From Antedon mediterranea (Eukaryota > Animalia > Echinodermata): 64,000 bases of DNA. The position numbers were made by a program, and so were the translations under genes. Below, piece by piece: positions 63,683 to 64,000 of the stretch (position 1 is the stretch's first letter; the number at the start of each line of letters is the position of its first letter). Below the pieces are notes generated by a model. The model worked only from the letters and a program-made list of their open reading frames with translations. It was not told the DNA's origin and searched no databases. The stretch lies in assembly GCF_964355755.1 (NCBI RefSeq), contig NC_092676.1, positions 11,881,888 through 11,945,887 of the forward strand. Direction: 5' to 3'.

Positions 63683-63953
63683 TTAATGTTTAAAGGATCT
63701 AAATTGTACATTTATGCCGGTAGGGGCAAGAGTGCCAAGCTTTACAATTATTCTTTCTTCTATAATTCTACGAGATGTCTCAGAACCATTACATACTTTA
63801 ACACCAGAAATAGTAATATCTGAAAGGGAATGCTCATTATTACAAAAATGGGTGGCTACAGGTAATCCGGGAGTCTTTAGTTTAATAGACCTTAAATGTT
63901 CTACAAACCTATCACCTAACCTGCGTTTAGTTTCACCAATATAAAGCATATTT
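63683..63953 (-). pseudogene. Penelope-like GIY-YIG endonuclease, C-terminal fragment
   Basis: NMLYIGETKRRLGDRFVEHLRSIKLKTPGLPVATHFCNNEHSLSDITISGVKVCNGSETSRRIIEERIIVKLGTLAPTGINVQFRSFKH* contains the YIGET-RRL-DRF-EH, PVA-HF, HS and LGTL-P-G-N motifs. Confidence 0.92.
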
Positions 63954-64000
63954 CTTATCAAAGCATCTGAGATGATCGATTTTTTCAATGCACGCGAATA

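Larger units (their letters stand above)
63400..63953 (-). mobile_element. 5'-truncated Penelope-like element inserted upstream of the 63263 acceptor (intronic)
   Basis: GIY-YIG C-terminal half, then a 3' non-coding region, a hammerhead and AATAAA. Similarity ends just before MLYIGET (the expected CxxC is missing). Confidence 0.85.
59057..64000 (-). mobile_element. Probable EnSpm/CACTA (CMC) DNA transposon, one end; continues beyond the window
   Basis: The terminus CCCAGGAAGCA resembles the CCCAG(C)AAGCA-type ends of animal EnSpm elements. It is followed by ~1 kb of subterminal repeats and a DUF4806-type accessory gene pointing toward this end. No transposase is visible in the window. Confidence 0.6.

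Noticed and set aside
63122-63944. Plus-strand ORFs 63122-63397, 63455-63649 and 63714-63944 (also 3495-3746, 60519-60704, 61481-61726)
   Set aside because: They are antisense shadows of minus-strand PLE or DUF4806 sequence, or of the PLE 3' region.
1-64000. A novel prokaryote-style multi-gene system (defence island, RT-ncRNA system)
   Set aside because: There are no long intact ORFs, operons or reverse transcriptase domain. All coding remnants are explained by eukaryotic transposon families.

Overview
AT-rich eukaryotic, animal-type genomic DNA made almost entirely of repeats; no prokaryotic operon, CRISPR array or intact host gene is evident. (1) 1-8,765: a patchwork of decayed mobile elements. 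It contains two Penelope-like element (PLE) GIY-YIG endonuclease fragments (one followed by a variant hammerhead ribozyme), tRNA-derived SINE-like sequences, tandem and nested non-autonomous Helentron (DINE-1/HINE-like) elements, a TA-flanked MITE, and single transposon-like ends of Tc1/pogo and piggyBac type. (2) 8,766-59,056: a ~50.3-kb satellite array of a ~19-bp unit, GCTGAT[C/G]TA(TC)n, with clear higher-order structure. This includes a ~12-kb head-to-tail duplication and several 0.85-3-kb repeats; all ORFs called inside it are spurious. (3) 59,057-64,000: one end of a probable EnSpm/CACTA (CMC) DNA transposon that starts in the middle of a satellite unit. It has ~1 kb of CCCATATGGG-rich subterminal tandem repeats and a spliced minus-strand DUF4806 (BEN-like) gene of at least 7 exons, which I reconstructed by hand. 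One exon carries a self-compensating frameshift pair, and the upstream intron holds a third PLE fragment with a near-canonical minimal hammerhead ribozyme. Family assignments rest on motif recognition only; no database search was run.
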